From: Octopus bimaculoides | Lineage: Eukaryota | Assembly (NCBI RefSeq): GCF_001194135.2 | Contig: NC_068981.1 | Coordinates: 110,394,897-110,433,027 of the forward strand | Length of the DNA stretch: 38,131 nt | Direction: 5' to 3' | Part shown: piece by piece, positions 36,218 to 38,131 of the stretch | How the letters are laid out: every line of letters begins with the position of its first letter | How positions within the stretch are numbered: position 1 is the stretch's first letter | Notes under the pieces: model-generated | The model's input: only the letters and a program-made list of their open reading frames with translations | Database searches by the model: none | Told to the model about the DNA's origin: nothing | Translations under genes and position numbers: made by a program

Positions 36218-36479
36218 AGGAACTTTTATTTATATGCGTCTTGCTCCATTTATTGTTATTATTCATATCTACTCAAAATGCATCACTTTAACTTGGTATC
36301 TCTACCTATAAAACGGGTGTGATATCCTGGCTTTTTGTGTAATTTTTGCTACCCATGGTAACTATTAATATATTTACATTGTCAAGGTTTTTTTTAAACT
36401 GAGAGAATATTAATATATACATAAACTAATATATTGTTACAGTCTTCACTATAGCCTGCTAATTTAATGGTTACCAATT

Positions 36480-38082
36480 ATGGAGTTTTTCGACATAAAC
36501 GCATCCCTTAAAGATATTCCTATTCCACCAAGGAATCAAATTACTCATTAGCAAGACTAATTCCTTTTTAAACAGAATCAGATGGAAAACCTATTTCCAT
36601 GATACTAGGGACGTTCCAAATAACAAAAAGGATATTAATTTGAACTTTAAGAGTTTTTTCAAATCGAGGAACTCTCCCCCGTTTAACCCTAAGTTGGATA
36701 AATTTGAATAGTGAGGAATATTAAGTTTCATCACTCTCCTCTCAGGAACAGTCATCTTAGGTACCTCCACAACATTACCAAGAAAATCAATCGAACCAAA
36801 GGATTATTAGTACAGTCGGATAAAACTGGAAATTTATACAAACTGTCTAAAGATAAATACATGGAATTACTGAAGAAAGAGATAGAAAAAAACTATAGGA
36901 TTACCAACAGCAATATTTTACGGAAAGGTAACCTGGAAGCTAAGGAAATTATGATCAAATACAATCTGCAAGATAGGACTGACTCTGATCCCTAAGCAAC
37001 CTCGGTATGTCCTTAAGGACCATAAGATAAATTTTTGGTCCAACCCTTCTCTACGTCTTATTTGTCCCTCTAGGTCTGACATAGGCATTCTTAGTAAAAA
37101 CATTCTGGACAAATATATACCCACTATAATTAATAAGTTAAAACTGAATCTTTGGTTAAATTCTTCTCAAGTAATAGATTGGTTTAATTCAATTAAAGAT
37201 AAGAATAATACCAAATTTATACAGTTTGACATTTCTAGTTTCTACTCTTCTATTAACCCTATTATCCTTAACAAAGCACTTTGGTTCACACATAATAAAG
37301 CAGGTCTTTCTAGCGATGAAATTAATGTAATTTTAGCGGCTCGTAAATCTATCATTAAATTTAACAATAAACTTTGGATACATAAGGATACTCCGGAGGC
37401 TTTTGATGTTCCTATGGGAAGTTCGGACTCAGCTCAAATAGCTGATGTGGTCTGTTTGTATTTATTGTATGAAATGGCAGACCAGTTCCCTAACATAAAT
37501 GGAGGTCTTTACAGGAACGATTGTCTGCTATACATCCATAATGCCTCTGCCCAGTGCATACAAAAGGTTAAAAATAGGTTAGCTAGATTCTTCAAAAGAA
37601 TGGGCTTTGGCATCGTTTTTGAGGATGAGGTCTCTGTAGCAAACTTTCTAGATGTTACTTTAGACTTACATAGTAATACTCACTTTCCCTTCCATAAACC
37701 ATCAACTAATCTCAAGTACATAAGCCCCTTTAGTAACCATCCAAGACATATAACTAGTAATTTGGTTAGGAGTATCTCAATTAGGCTTTCCAAACTTTCC
37801 CCTAACTCCCAAATTTTCTTCATTTAGGATAGGAATAAAGCTAACACCTCCGGCTTAAGTAAATTTATTTGGGAACTGAAAGATTGCAATAAACAATTCT
37901 CTTTGGAATGGTCTATACTGGCTACCTCAGTTCCCTACGACAAAGGTAAGGATTTTTGTTCTCTTTGTAACTTGGAGCTTTTCCATATTCTGTTCTCCAA
38001 GAATCACCTAGTTAACCAGATAACACAGAGGGCATATCGTTGTCAGCACTACAAGAGACATACCTTCATTTATTATCATTGA
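36480..38082 (+). pseudogene. PLE RT-endonuclease ORF (frameshifted, RT catalytic motif altered, GIY-YIG core deleted)
   Basis: MEFFDINASLKDIPIP / LISKTNSFLNRIRWKTYF / PKQPRYVLKDHK...RLICP...QFDISSFYSSI...DVPMGS...GGLYRNDCL (YRDD to YRND)...FLDVTLDL...SNHP / TAG 37825-37827 / SKFIWELKD...CSLC...CQH. Open from about 36990 to 37827. Confidence 0.93.
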
Positions 38083-38131
38083 TTCCATCCTTCCAACTAG
38101 TTTAGGTTTTAAGTATTATTATTATTATTAT

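Larger units (their letters stand above)
36021..38131 (+). mobile_element. Penelope-like element copy B: inverted partial pLTR, pLTR with hammerhead, and decayed RT/GIY-YIG ORF with internal deletion; runs off the right edge
   Basis: Inverted arms at 36021-36119 and 36172-36268, next to (TA)n. ORF remnants lie at 36480-38082. Confidence 0.93.

Overview
Eukaryotic, AT-rich, repeat-dense genomic DNA with four N-gaps. The SINE and LINE families resemble those I recall from octopus/coleoid cephalopods (inference). The only host gene I can support is the 3' part of a heparan sulfate 2-O-sulfotransferase (HS2ST1-like) on the + strand: three GT-AG exons at 9908-10005, 20691-20848 and 22087-22307 splice in frame, and the upstream exons lie outside the window. 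Most of the rest is transposon debris: young and old RTE-clade LINEs (two copies carry a C4HC3 PHD-type finger inside the RT), tRNA-derived SINEs, the 3' end of a HERO-like LINE with a restriction-like endonuclease, and three Penelope-like element (PLE) fragments. The best non-obvious signals are two type I hammerhead ribozyme folds in PLE pseudo-LTRs (36125-36217 +, 27727-27821 -), an inverted pLTR that could sequester one of them, the PHD finger inserted in the RTE reverse transcriptase, and several long dsRNA-forming hairpins. These mostly extend known biology. I found no clearly new multi-gene system.
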